Below, piece after piece: positions 52,379-64,000 of a stretch of DNA of 64,000 bases. The notes under the pieces are model-generated. The model made no database searches, was not told the origin of the DNA, and worked only from the letters and a program-made list of their open reading frames with translations. A program made the position numbers and the translations under genes. Source of the stretch: Antedon mediterranea (taxonomy: Eukaryota; Animalia; Echinodermata). Numbering within the stretch: the stretch's first letter is position 1; each line of letters begins with the position of its first letter. Location: NCBI RefSeq assembly GCF_964355755.1, contig NC_092673.1, positions 30,935,648 to 30,999,647 of the forward strand, written 5' to 3'.

Positions 52379-53223
52379 ATAGAATAAACCATGTCGTATA
52401 GGCCTATCCCAGAAAAACTGATATTGTGATGTAAGTCATGTTGATGTCCACCTAAAACATGTCATGTTGTATGCTAAAAAATAAACTATGAAATTTAGTG
52501 ACCGACACGAATCGTATACGCGTACCAAAGAATATTTAGCGCTCGCGTACTATCCCCGATAAATTCAAGCGTTTCCGTAGAATCGCTACGCTCTGTCGTG
52601 TGTAGCGATTTTATGGAAACCAGGCTTAGTTAAGAAGCTTGGCTACCGATCCGGGTCATAGAATAAACGATAATATCATTGTTTGAATATAAATTCAGAT
52701 ATATTATATAGTCTTTACTGTGACGTGGATAACCTCCTTATAGTTATGCAAATATTTATGTTTGATAACAGTATAATAATAACCTCTTATTTTGTATCAC
52801 TTACGCTCCTATCCTTATTTAATTTTCTTAATAAAACATGTATATTAATGATAATGATATTCACAATAAGAGCGGCTTGTACACAAAGCCGGTATAGAAA
52901 ATTCTAATCAAATGCAAGGTGCTACATGTAATCAAATTTATACTATCAACCACGTACAACTACTGTTCCGTGACGGGAATAACAATAATCATCTATTTAA
53001 ACTACTTTACTTAACAAGTGTTGGTTTCACTCGGTCTTATATTTGACACATTAAAGTCAAATTATCGAATCTTTTGGCTAACCAGCGCAACTAAAATGAA
53101 CCTTAATCATTGTATTGCCGGAATAAATTATTCACACGGAATCCAAATTCAGTTCGAAATGAGTAATGAACCGAAGATGTAAAGATTAGTACAAATGTGA
53201 ACGGCGAGATATGCGCGCAGTAA

Positions 53224-53783
53224 AGCGTGGTTACTACTAGCGATGCAACACAAGGACGTAACGCAACGCAAGTGAATTGACCAATCACAAGCGATGGCTT
53301 ATTCGCTTGTGATTTGTTAAAACGCTTGCGTTGCGTTTTTACGTCCTTGCATTACGTTCTAGTGGGAACCAAGCATTAGCGGCTGTGTACGCGGCAACGT
53401 AAGACATAACAGCATCCTACACAGAACGACTTTGGGCCTTTTGGGGTTCGAACCCCCACTGTCTTGCCTTATTAAAGATGCACACCACTGCATTCACAAT
53501 CATGCATGCACCGATCGTGATCGAGTCAAGTATGTCAATACGTATTTCTCGAAGGCTTATCCACTAAAGCTTGGTTCCAACTAACGACGCAACGTAACGC
53601 AAGTACCTACACAACGTAAGAAAATGCCCTTCCAATAATTGTGCTTGCCTTCGCCTGCGTGAAATCAAACCTGCGATGTTTGCAGCACTATTGCGTCGTC
53701 GGTTCTCACTTGTTATTACGCAATACAGCACTTTGCGTCAATACGTCGCTGCGTTGCGTTGCGTCGCTAGTGGGAACCACGCT
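53224..53783. mobile_element. Two family A MITEs (A1 53224-53375, A2 53568-53783)
   Basis: A-family TIRs; TAA TSD around the A2 copy. Confidence 0.8.
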
Positions 53784-54639
53784 TAATGAATTACCCTGGA
53801 CTTACCCTGGCTCTATATCGAAGCATTGCAACTATAATATACCACACTGCGTTTGCATTCACGTATATAGTCTGCCTATTATCGTAGGCTTATCCACTTT
53901 GAAGAAACACCGATGCGAACACATTATAAAAACACTGGTTGCGTGGGAAGAATGATGTCTTGGTATAGTACTTAACAGTCTTTAATAGCCAACTTACCAT
54001 TTACTGACTTAGTCGGACACGCTCATTCTGTCTACCTTTATTCATTGTAACATCAGTTCGTGTTTAAATTCTGCTTGTTAACTAAATTAATGTCTTCGAG
54101 GACAATGCCCCTTCTGTGCAATTAGGTTAATATCCAAACGTGTGGCCAACAACACATTGCATAGTTGATCTTTACAAATTTGTGTTTGTAAATCTTAGTG
54201 TTTGCTTACACATGGAGTTTGAACTGTAGATTCTTTACTAATTGATTCTGATCGATACATTTACAATCGGCTTTGATATTCAGTACACAAGGTACTACTG
54301 GTGATAAGGATACTAATGTTAAACAGCCGTACTGTAGGCCTATACAACAAGAATGCTACAAATAACAACCTAGTTATCAACCTGTTAGGACCTATGCATT
54401 ATCTATTTTTTTTTATTATCTATCTACTATCCTCATCAGGATGACGCTATCGTCATGTCTCTCATATCAGTATATAGAGAAAATATGACGTCACTCATGA
54501 TTATCAATTGTATTAGAAATAATCAATGACCAATTATTTCATAACCTCCTCATTATGATTCTGATACCACCTGCTGGTTAAACAGTGGTGGTGGTGACAA
54601 ACCCTCATGAGAGTGTCTCACCACCATAGTATCGCTGCA

Positions 54640-55055
54640 CGAGAATATCTCACCAGAATATCTCACCAGAGTATCTCTCCCGAGTATCTCTTCCGAGTAT
54701 CTCTCCCGAGTATCTCACTAGAGTATCTCGTCAAAGTGCCTCACCAGAGTTTCTCGCCAGAGTGTCTCACCAGAGTATCTCACCAGAGTGCCCTATCAGA
54801 GCTTCTCGCCAGAGTTTCTCGCCTGAGTGTCTCACCAGAGTATCTCACCAGATCGGAGTATCTCACCAGATCGGAGTATCTCGCCTACATAATATAATCG
54901 AAAATCTCGCCAGAGTATCTCACTAACCAGAGTATCTCACTAACCAGTATCTCACTAACTAGAGTATCTCATCAGAACATCACATATCATCAAAGCATCA
55001 TCTCCTCACCAGAGCGTTTATCTCACGAGCGAGCAGACTATCATCTCACCAAAGT
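54640..55055. repeat. ~14-bp minisatellite (ccagagtatctcac)
   Basis: Degenerate tandem array; it explains the spurious ORF 54607-54897. Confidence 0.88.
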
Positions 55056-57234
55056 ACTGGATATCGACAATCGTTCAGACAACTTATGCCATTTCTTTTT
55101 CTGATGCCGGTCTTCGCTAGTATGCTCTATTTTTTTTTACAACCTTAGCTTCGTAATCGAAGTGACATTTAACATGTTACAACATTTCTAGTTTAAATCA
55201 ATATTGTGTTTAAATTGATCGCATTAACACCCGACTTAATCAAACATTATTTAAATTGATGATATTTATTTAAAATTACCATTTAAAATTAAATTCAAAG
55301 GATCGAGAATAACGAAGAAATAAGTGACAAAATTAACAAAGATATAAAAAATAATATATATGAAATATAAATATATATAAATATACAGTAGGCCACAATG
55401 AAGGAAGGAAAAAAATAAAATCAGAAAGAGAGAGAAACAGGTGTTTTTTTCAAAAGAGATTTAAAGGAGAAGAGATTGTAAGAGCATTTAGTTCAACTGG
55501 TTTTTTTTTGCTGGGTCGATTGTTGTATCTCTATGTATGTTGTTCTTTAATGAATTAATGAATAACATATACACAAATGGACGGAACACTGTACAGAAAT
55601 AATAAAGTTCAGTTTTTTACTCAGACTCAGTAAATCTATGAATCCTTCCACGACAGTGGAATTATATTATATTAAGTTATTAGATCATAAGTACATTAGG
55701 AATTTACTTGAGGACCATGGCCAAAGTCGATTGGTTTCTATGCAAATTCCACTTCTAATGGTAATGGTAATGACTGCGTCTCAAGTAGCTGCAATGTATG
55801 ATGGGAAACAGAACGACTTGCTCAATACTCCAGTTCATAGTTTAATGACCACATATATTACCTGCCATTTGTAGTATAGCTAGCTCAACCAATACTTGAA
55901 AATATTGAGGCGCGCATTTTGTCGACCCCGACCGATGCGTATTGTAGGCAACCTACTCACATTAACATCATGCTTAAAATTCCATCCCCCACTCCACCCC
56001 TTTCTTCCCCTTTAAACTGTAATTGCATTGCGTGTACAGTACTACCATTAACAAATTGTTACCGCTTACCAGGATTTCATAGCCACTTAAAAAGTTACCA
56101 TGACTGATTAATATTATCAGGATCGCGAATCTTCCGATTTTTCGCATAACATACACAGTATCTTATATACATAACATCATAGGCCTAGCTTCTACATAAC
56201 ACTATTGAAGTTATTGATATTGTTAAGCCTAGTACTGAGCCTATAACGAGTCTACGGCAGGCAGGCACATGCAATTATTCCGCCATAATTTATACCGTAC
56301 ATAGGTCTCAACAACAAAATATATATTACAATAGCTGTGTAAATAATGAAATAAGAAAAATACAAGTGCGTGAAACCCACAAAAGATGACAAAAACAGTA
56401 ATGGTTCAAAAGTGTGTAAATGATATAAAAGTTGTTTAAATGCAGTTGGCGAATGTATCATTTACCATTAAAAAGTGCTCCGAAATTGTTCTACTTGTCC
56501 CCACTGACAAACTCATTACAAATATGATTCGTAATAATGGCGACGTGTTATTTTCTTAATTTCTCGTAGGTCTCATCAAATCAAATTGCTATTGCAAGCA
56601 CATAATCTCATTACTGTTTTAGTATATAATTACAATACAAGAATTGTATAAGAACAAAGAATACATTAGTTAATGTAATCTAATGGATGGCTAGCTTTTC
56701 GTACCAGTTGTACTACCTTGTTTAGCAAACTTAAGTTATCATTAACATGTATACCTTGTTTTATCTAGTCTTATCTTGTCTCTCGCTTCAATTAATTAAT
56801 AGTATGTTGTTTGTTCTACAGATAGCAGACAATAACTCATGCTAGCCAATTAAATGCAGAATGTAAAATTCATGTTTTTAACTTAGCATTGACTACATAC
56901 GACTCTTGATTAAGTTTTGCTAGGTGGGTTTTTTCTTTATTTATTCACCTATCATCTGCGAATAGTGGTAGGCCTATATTATTATTGTGGTAAAAAGGCC
57001 CTACCATAAAGACAGATCAACAAATTGTGTATGTTTTATTTAATTTAACGGTCTATTAAAAACTTTTTTTAAGGTTATTTCAGCTGGGAGATTCAAGAGA
57101 TTCTGTATTTTATGAAGTGTTGTGTAAGTGACTATAGTTGATAATCACTCGATCACAGACCTCAAAGAACAATATGTATATCCCGACGAGCAGGGTGTTG
57201 ATCCTGAGCTACGAGGCAGGATGTAAATCTCTAA

Positions 57235-57413
57235 AGCTTGGTTCCCACTAGAACGTAACGCAAGGACGTAAACGCAACGCAAGCGTTTTAACCAATGACA
57301 AGCGAAGTTATAGACAGTTAGCAATCACAAGCGAATAAGCTATCGCTTGTGATTGGTCAATTCACTTGCGTTGCGTTACGTTCTTGCGTTGCGTCGCTAG
57401 TGGGAACCACGCT
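57235..57413. mobile_element. MITE family A1, intact, TAA TSD
   Basis: TAA|AGCTTGGTTCCCACTAG...CTAGTGGGAACCACGCT|TAA; nearly identical to 62438-62616. Confidence 0.88.
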
Positions 57414-58257
57414 TAATGAGCGGAATGTAAGCACTCGGGTTACCACGGGGTTTAAAACCCGTATTTATCAGAGCAGGGGAAAACCACCGATCTATCAGGA
57501 TGGAGGTATCCTACGACCTTTGACCCCGATCAAATAGGAACAAACAACATATATAATATTAAGTTATATGTCATGTAAATTGTAGTAATGCTGTGGTGAT
57601 AATTTGCATTTCGTTAATCAAAATAAAATGGCTCATTATTTCTTACGTCACAATGTAACATTAGAAGACTCAGTGACCAACAGCTAAATGCTTGTTCTGA
57701 AAAACGATGCGCTGCAGTACATCGTTAATTTCCTGTGAATATCAATGTACATGTATCGTCAAGCACTCATACAATTTCCATTTACAGTTTTGTTGTGTCC
57801 TCGGGAAAGATTTTATTTTCGTTACACCTCTAAGACAACCTTAAATTTAAAATTCATTTGACGTATGAACTGAATGCTGAGAGTTCAGTGTCAACGACGT
57901 AACAATTTTTTTTTATTTATAGATCTAATTATTTACATGTTGTAATGTATTGGTATACATGCTGTACGTAACGATTCTTAACAATGAAATAAATATCATT
58001 CAAGATTTCCACGAATTTAAATAACAACAACTTGAATGTCATCATTTGTTGTCATGGCAATGAGACACTTGGTTAATAACAAACATTGACGTTGGATAGC
58101 AATCTATTTTTATAGTTCATTTTAATTTTCAATAATGAGAAGAAAGCTAATTTATGATTATACAAAAAAAATAAGGTAAATATAAAATGAACATTTAAAT
58201 TAAGGTACTGTATAGTACACTATGTGTTGCTTCTACGTCGCCGTCCTACTATCTTTA

Positions 58258-58453
58258 AGCTTGGTTCCCACTAGCGACGCAACGTAACGCAATATACGCA
58301 ACGTAAGAAAATGCCCTTCCAAGCATTGTGTTTGCCCCCGCCTGCGTGAAATCAAACCTTCGATTTTTGCAACACTATTGCGTCGTCAGTTCCCACTTGT
58401 GATTACGGAACACATCATATGTCGTTGCGTTGCGTCCTAGTGGGAATCACACT
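58258..58453. mobile_element. MITE family A2
   Basis: A-family TIRs and A2 internal sequence. Confidence 0.8.
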
Positions 58454-59236
58454 TTTACGTATAGACGCCATTGCGTTACGTTTGCGTACCGAAATGTTAT
58501 TACTGTAATGTTAAATTACGATATTATTTCAAAACAAGCGTACATTAAACTGACCATCCGATTGCTCGCCGATAAATTATAGCGACTGTACTAATACTAT
58601 AATAAAATAAGAGCCCTGTTCTTCTTGTTCCCGGTGCATTGGGTATCGCTTGAAAAAACTCGATACACATCACGTTTTACCTTGTCTGTTAGCTAACATG
58701 TATTAAATACATCTAGACAGGTTTCGAGCTGACTATCGATAGTCAGTTAGAATCTATCTCATGACAGCTGTAAAATGTGGAGGAAAATCTGACGTTCGCG
58801 CTGGTTTTTTTTTTATTCAAGTTAATAGCGGATACAAAAATAAGATGCATTTCCGAAAGTTGCATTGTTGGGTGTGTGAATATTATAATTCATTTGTTTG
58901 AAATTATGCAAAGGCTTCAGGTTTAATCACGTGCTATTATTATTATCGTATAATCCATTCATAAAATTTGTTCAATGTCATTAAAATAAAGTTTTAGTCA
59001 TTTTTTAATTAAATAAAATGAAGTTATAAATAAGGATACGCCGCGGATTGCTATTGAATTACCATAAAAAAACATCAACTTCAAAGATTAGTTATTCTTG
59101 AAATAAGATGTTATGAATGGACGGATACTGGTAGTATTTCTTTTTCGAATTTGACGTCAGAGCGTCAACACTCTACAAAGCACCAGGAGATCAGATTAAA
59201 TGGGTTCCATTGGAGATCTCCGAGTGCCAAGATGGA

Positions 59237-59470
59237 TTTTTTTTTTTTTAACGATATTTATTGAGGGTGATCCATCCAGCAATTGTTGATCATTAGGGAC
59301 CCTCAAAGGTTCACAAGACAAACATATACACAAGATGCTCTACATAAACAAAGTCTTTGGGAGTGGAGTTGTAATTTTGTCCTTAGAAAAAATCCTGACA
59401 TGTGACGGGACTTGAACCCAGGACCCTTGGAGTGGTAGCCAAGCATCATAACCACCAAGCCACAACTCGC
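59237..59470 (-). mobile_element. Full-length tRNA-derived SINE with poly(A) tail
   Basis: On the minus strand: A box TGGCTTGGTGG, B box GGTTCAAGTCC, CTTGG/CCAAG anticodon-like stem, unique body, AATAAA, then an A-run (T-run at ~59237-59249). Confidence 0.7.
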
Positions 59471-60739
59471 AAAGACGTTGGATTGCGAGATTTATCAAAC
59501 ATCGGCTTTAAAAAGTTATAAATGCATTTAGAATTTTAGATAGATATACGGGCCGACAGCAGCAGTTTTTGTCAACTGCCATGAGTGTAAATATTTATCC
59601 AAGTGTCGCGACTAGAAAATACTCCAAAATGGAGTCCTGAATATGTTCCAATAATAGTTTGGCATCTGACACGCGCACGTGTAAATTCAAACAGTGGTGA
59701 AGTCACATGACCTGTTTACGTAAAACCAAATTTTCAATATATTTTCGTCTGGTTCTTTTGTTTTCATAAACAGCTAGCAATTTAAAAAACACGTCACGAG
59801 AAAGAACAAAACAGCACGTTTTATGCGATGTTTGCGCTTTACTTTGTAACAGAGAATATAAATAACTAGAACAAGGTACAAGAAATGTCCGTACGTCTTT
59901 TATATACTACCGTAATACAAACTCACTAATGGGAATTTTATGAGACTTAAGAACGATGTATAATAGGATTTCAAAATGTTTGAAACTATAGCCGCCAAAC
60001 TTGTGTCATTTTACCAGCATAATAAATGCCTTTTTTATGCTTCCATCCTATTTTTTTCCTCCCGTGTTTGCTGCCCTCTGTATCCATTTCATTTACACAA
60101 CCTAGCCCCACATCTCCCTAATTACAGAACAACGGAATGTACATCATTATGCGTTTTGTGATGACACGGTATTCTATTAGAACCGTTTTTAAAGAGACTT
60201 GTAAACGAATTCCCGGTCGTACACTTTTAATACTTCTCTCCCAAAAACCCTCCACACCTGATTCGCTTAGATATTGATGCCCTCTTATTTATTTATTTAA
60301 CTCCCAATGTACACCCCTTTTCCTATTTTTCATCATCCAATAAATGTACACAGAATTACATAATGTTAGTAAAAGTGACAAAAACACGAACAATGTTCTG
60401 TTATATATTTTCAAGCCCGGGCATTCACCCAAAACCCTCAACCACACACGATTCGCTTAGGGTGTGATAAATTTTTCTCATCATCCAATGTATACACAGA
60501 ATATATTTGTTAGTGACAAAAGCTACGAAAAGGATATATTATGTTGTGTTATATATTTTCAGTTCAGTGAGCAGCATCATTAATTAAGGATGTCAGTTTT
60601 TAGATTACAATTTATTGGTTTTACTTACAATGATAGCAAATCATCAATACGAATACGTATAGGGATTCACTACGGGAGTTACATTAATAGTCAATACGGG
60701 CATATCATTACAATAACTGGTTCAACTTTAGTCACCGTG

Positions 60740-60874
60740 AAGCTACATATTCACACTTGGTCCGTTTGACGGAACGAAAGACGGCACCGTTTTGTTAAGC
60801 AATGGAAAATCACAAATAATTGAACGGTCCGCCGTCTTCCGTTCTGTGAAACGGAACAAGTTTTCAGGTAGCTT
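60740..60874. mobile_element. Palindromic MITE-like element
   Basis: aagctac..acttggtccgttt..cggaacg..agacggc / gccgtct..cgttctg..aaacggaacaagt..gtagctt. Confidence 0.55.
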
Positions 60875-61539
60875 GACGCAAACATTGTCGTAAACGCGTC
60901 TAATTCAATTGAAAACTATAATAAACGCGTTTAATTGGATCGTCAACGCATGTTTTTTTTAAAACGATCTCGTCACCAACGCGTCAAATTGAGTTTCAAC
61001 TATTCTTGTCACAAACACGTCGAACGATTTGGAAAACCAAAAATTCTAGTTGGAACCAATTTCGTCGCCACACACACGCGTCAAATTTAGTTAATTTATT
61101 TAATTTAATTTATTCAAAGTCATTCAACAGCGGGAAACCCGCCCCTTACAGAATGGAATAAACTATACCATATAAAAATATATATAAATCTTAAAATCTA
61201 GCAATACAAATTTATACAATTTTACTAATTTTATTACAAAAACAATTATAACGGTCAAAAAAGAGATCAATAGAATGACTAATATTGTCACAAAATACGT
61301 CGAAGTTACTTTTAACTTTTTTGTTGTTACTTTAGGCCTAAATGGTAATCATGCTTATACCAATCCCTTCCCAAGCGCTTGAAATCAAGGAAACCATTAT
61401 CTACGCATAAATGAGTTGGAACCCATCTTTATAATTGAGTCATAAATCGTCATACGTTTGTTAAAATGAGTTTTAGCCATTAATTTATATCATGAATCAG
61501 TAATAGGTATTTTTCATTCCTCATAACGGTATTAAATAA

Positions 61540-61915
61540 TATAATCAATAACATTATCAAATTAATTCCACCGTCCACCTCATTATCAACATTTCCATCA
61601 TCATCATAACAATCACCATCAACCACTAATATCAACATCATCACGTAACCAATCATTAGTAACATAAAACGAGGATTCTCCATCAACATCATCATTAATA
61701 GTCAACATCGTCATCAAACATTATCAACTTAGTTTATCTATATCATCATCATTTACTATCATCAATGTCATCACCACAGCAACATACTCATTACCAACAC
61801 CCACATTAATGATCAAAATCATCGCTATCAACATCACCATCATTCGTCAATATTATCGTCATCATTACGACCAACAACAACATCATCACATCATCAGGCT
61901 ATGCATTCACCATTT
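61540..61915. repeat. Degenerate (CAT)n low-complexity tract
   Basis: Rich in ATC/CAT/CAA triplets. Confidence 0.75.
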
Positions 61916-62294
61916 ATCATTTACGTTTTACATGAACAACAAAAACACAATTTTCATCCTCCGACCTTTATTATTATCGTCTAAAAATACACAAAAAAGA
62001 CTGTTATTAGCCTAGCCTTAAGCTACCAATACGTTGCTAAGAATGGATGATCGCTTTATCTTGCACACTTAGTATTTTAAGTGCATACTCGATAAGATAT
62101 ATCACTTAATTCATGAATAATTAATGTTTTAGAAGAGAAAGGAACTTAATCAGTTAATAGTACCGACGTGTAATGAAAAAGAAACGCATTCTTAATACAT
62201 GTAGATGTTAAATATAATTAAAGATACATTTGAGGCAAGTTAGTTTTCTTTGATTCAAATTTTCCTTGAAGTCTTGAAAGAGGAATACACCGCC

Positions 62295-62710
62295 AACGCA
62301 AGAACGTAAACGTAACGTAAGCGATTTAACAAATCATAGGCGATGGATTATTCGAATTGTCGGTTGCCAATGGTCAACCCGCTTGTGTTGCGTCCACGTC
62401 CTTGTGTTGCGTCTACGTCCTTGAGTTGCGTCTCTTAAGCTTGGTTCCCACTAGAACGTAACGCAAGGACGTAAACGCAACGCAAGCGTTTTAACCAATG
62501 ACAAGCGAAGTTATAGACAGTTAGCAATCACAAGCGAATAAGCCATCGCTTGTGATTGGTCAATTCACTTGCGTTGCGTTACGTCCTTGTGTTGCGTCGC
62601 TAGTGAGAACCACGCTTAAGTGTGAACCACGCTTAAGTGATTTGAGCAACATCAAGTGCTGGATTATCATTGGTCAACTTTCTTGCTTTGCGTCTAGTGG
62701 GACCCAATCT
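62295..62710. mobile_element. Intact A1 MITE (62438-62616) nested in the right TIR of an older A1-like copy
   Basis: The older copy ends ...gttgcgtctc[A1]..gtgtgaaccacgct; another remnant TIR lies at ~62690-62710. Confidence 0.78.
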
Positions 62711-63689
62711 TAAGGGCAGTCCGCCGATATCACTCTGTACCTGTTTTTAAGTATCTCTTTCAAAAATAAATAGGTCAACTAACCATAGTTAAGTCTTATA
62801 GAATTATGATTGTTATTTTCGTACAAAGAACAGAACAGCGAATTTCAATACTTAAGAAAATGACAATTCTTAACTTTTATCAAAATCCTCAGTAAAACTA
62901 TATTTTGAACACTGTTATGACAGATTATGTCTGACACTAGGAGAGAAAGAATAGGGGGGGGGGGGCGGAGGAGTGCCTTATAATTAAGTAATGATGCTGC
63001 TGCAGGTGTAGTGGAAAAAGAAGCCTACCGGTGCATTGGTGTAACAGCCTATTAGATCCCTTCACAGAAAAGAAAAACAATTATAATATTAGGCCTAAAT
63101 TTATTCAATGCCTAATAAAAACCATACGATTAATCACTCGTCTAAAAAGAACAAGAAGTAATATTTTCCAGAATTAATTACCCCATTAGCGTTGTCTCAT
63201 CAAAGTTACGGTAATACATAACACCAGTAGCAGCCGGTTAGTCATTAAAGAGAGATGTATTTACCTCTTACCTTTAACAAAAACGATTAAATCCTCGTCT
63301 TTCGCTCTTTTGAAAAGCAAGAAGTAAAAATCCGGAATACATCACCCCATTAGTGGTCTCTTGTCAAACTTACGGACACTAACGCTAAACTAATGCTGAT
63401 AATCTGATATACAAATGTCCGTCATGTTGGTATGTGTGTATGAAGTGTATTGTCCTAATTGAGCGAAGAAGGTTGTGTACGATTTTCTTTGATATTAAGG
63501 ATGACAAGCGTTGCGCACTTTTATCGAATGAGGGTGCTACATACCTATTAAGAAAATGCTATGCTACTGAGATGCGAAAACCTGTTTTTTCGTATAATAA
63601 TGATGGTGTCTTTTCATTGTTACTGATTTCGAAGATTTACATCCCCTCCTCATTTCCATGAAAATTAATATGTACAGGATCAGAGAAGT

Positions 63690-64000
63690 GCGTAAATTAC
63701 ACTTGAAAGAAGACAGCCAACAGACAAGTAGAATTCCAAAACACTGATGAAGATCAGGATGGCTCAAAAGAGATGGCTTTAACATAGAGATACACAAACA
63801 CGACAAAACTTATTTTGGAAGCTAAATCAGCAGTAGTAGACAACAGAAGATGCACTTACATGGCGACCAGAATGGAAAAGGAGAAGCAGACTTAACGTAA
63901 TGATGAAGACCATGATGCCATTGAACAAGAGAAAATATAAATAAGATTGGATCATGGATGGAGGCAGAAACAATGGCAAGAAACCGGAGGAGAGATGGAC
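63690..64000 (+). mobile_element. Degenerate RTE-clade LINE 3' fragment (runs off the window)
   Basis: Plus-frame peptide ALTWRPEWKRR...IGSWMEAETMARNR resembles the RTE C-terminal pattern AL.W.P.GKR..GRP...SW.EA...A.NR; stops are present upstream. Confidence 0.5.

Noticed and set aside
138-59159. Scattered TGACGTCA (CRE) palindromes
   Set aside because: There are only a handful, not tied to a defined TSS, so they cannot be supported as regulatory from sequence alone.
59398-59470. Functional tRNA gene (also 28833-28893)
   Set aside because: Acceptor stems do not pair and the anticodon loop is irregular; better explained as SINE heads.
61480-62015. Met/Asp- and His-rich ORFs
   Set aside because: They come from the (CAT)n low-complexity tract.
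63826-64000. Hydrophobic minus-strand reading frame suggesting a membrane-protein exon
   Set aside because: It is more simply the antisense of a purine-rich RTE LINE remnant; it cannot be fully excluded at the window edge.

Overview
This is AT-rich, intron-rich animal genomic DNA, probably from an invertebrate deuterostome such as an echinoderm (inference from gene and repeat style). It is not prokaryotic. By manually splicing GT-AG exons I reconstruct four protein-coding genes, all on the minus strand: (1) a class A GPCR with one coding exon (~403 aa); (2) a 9-exon secreted protease with signal peptide, 4 CCP/Sushi domains and an intact trypsin domain (~601 aa); (3) a 12-exon protein of four tandem GAPR-1/GLIPR2-type CAP domains (~704 aa); (4) a synaptotagmin with TM-C2A-C2B in 6 coding exons (~417 aa). 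Introns and intergenic DNA carry many MITEs (PIF/Harbinger-like, Kolobok-like, CACTA-like, MULE/hAT-like, several nested), SINE and LINE fragments, minisatellites and a near-perfect 496-bp inverted repeat. The most unusual signals are: a strong excess of the palindrome TAGGCCTA, with two local paralog comparisons showing it arises as an insertion at TA (footprint-like); the 4xCAP fusion protein; the vWA-less CCP4 protease; MITEs inserting into their own TIRs; and a minisatellite built from the GPCR stop-codon region.
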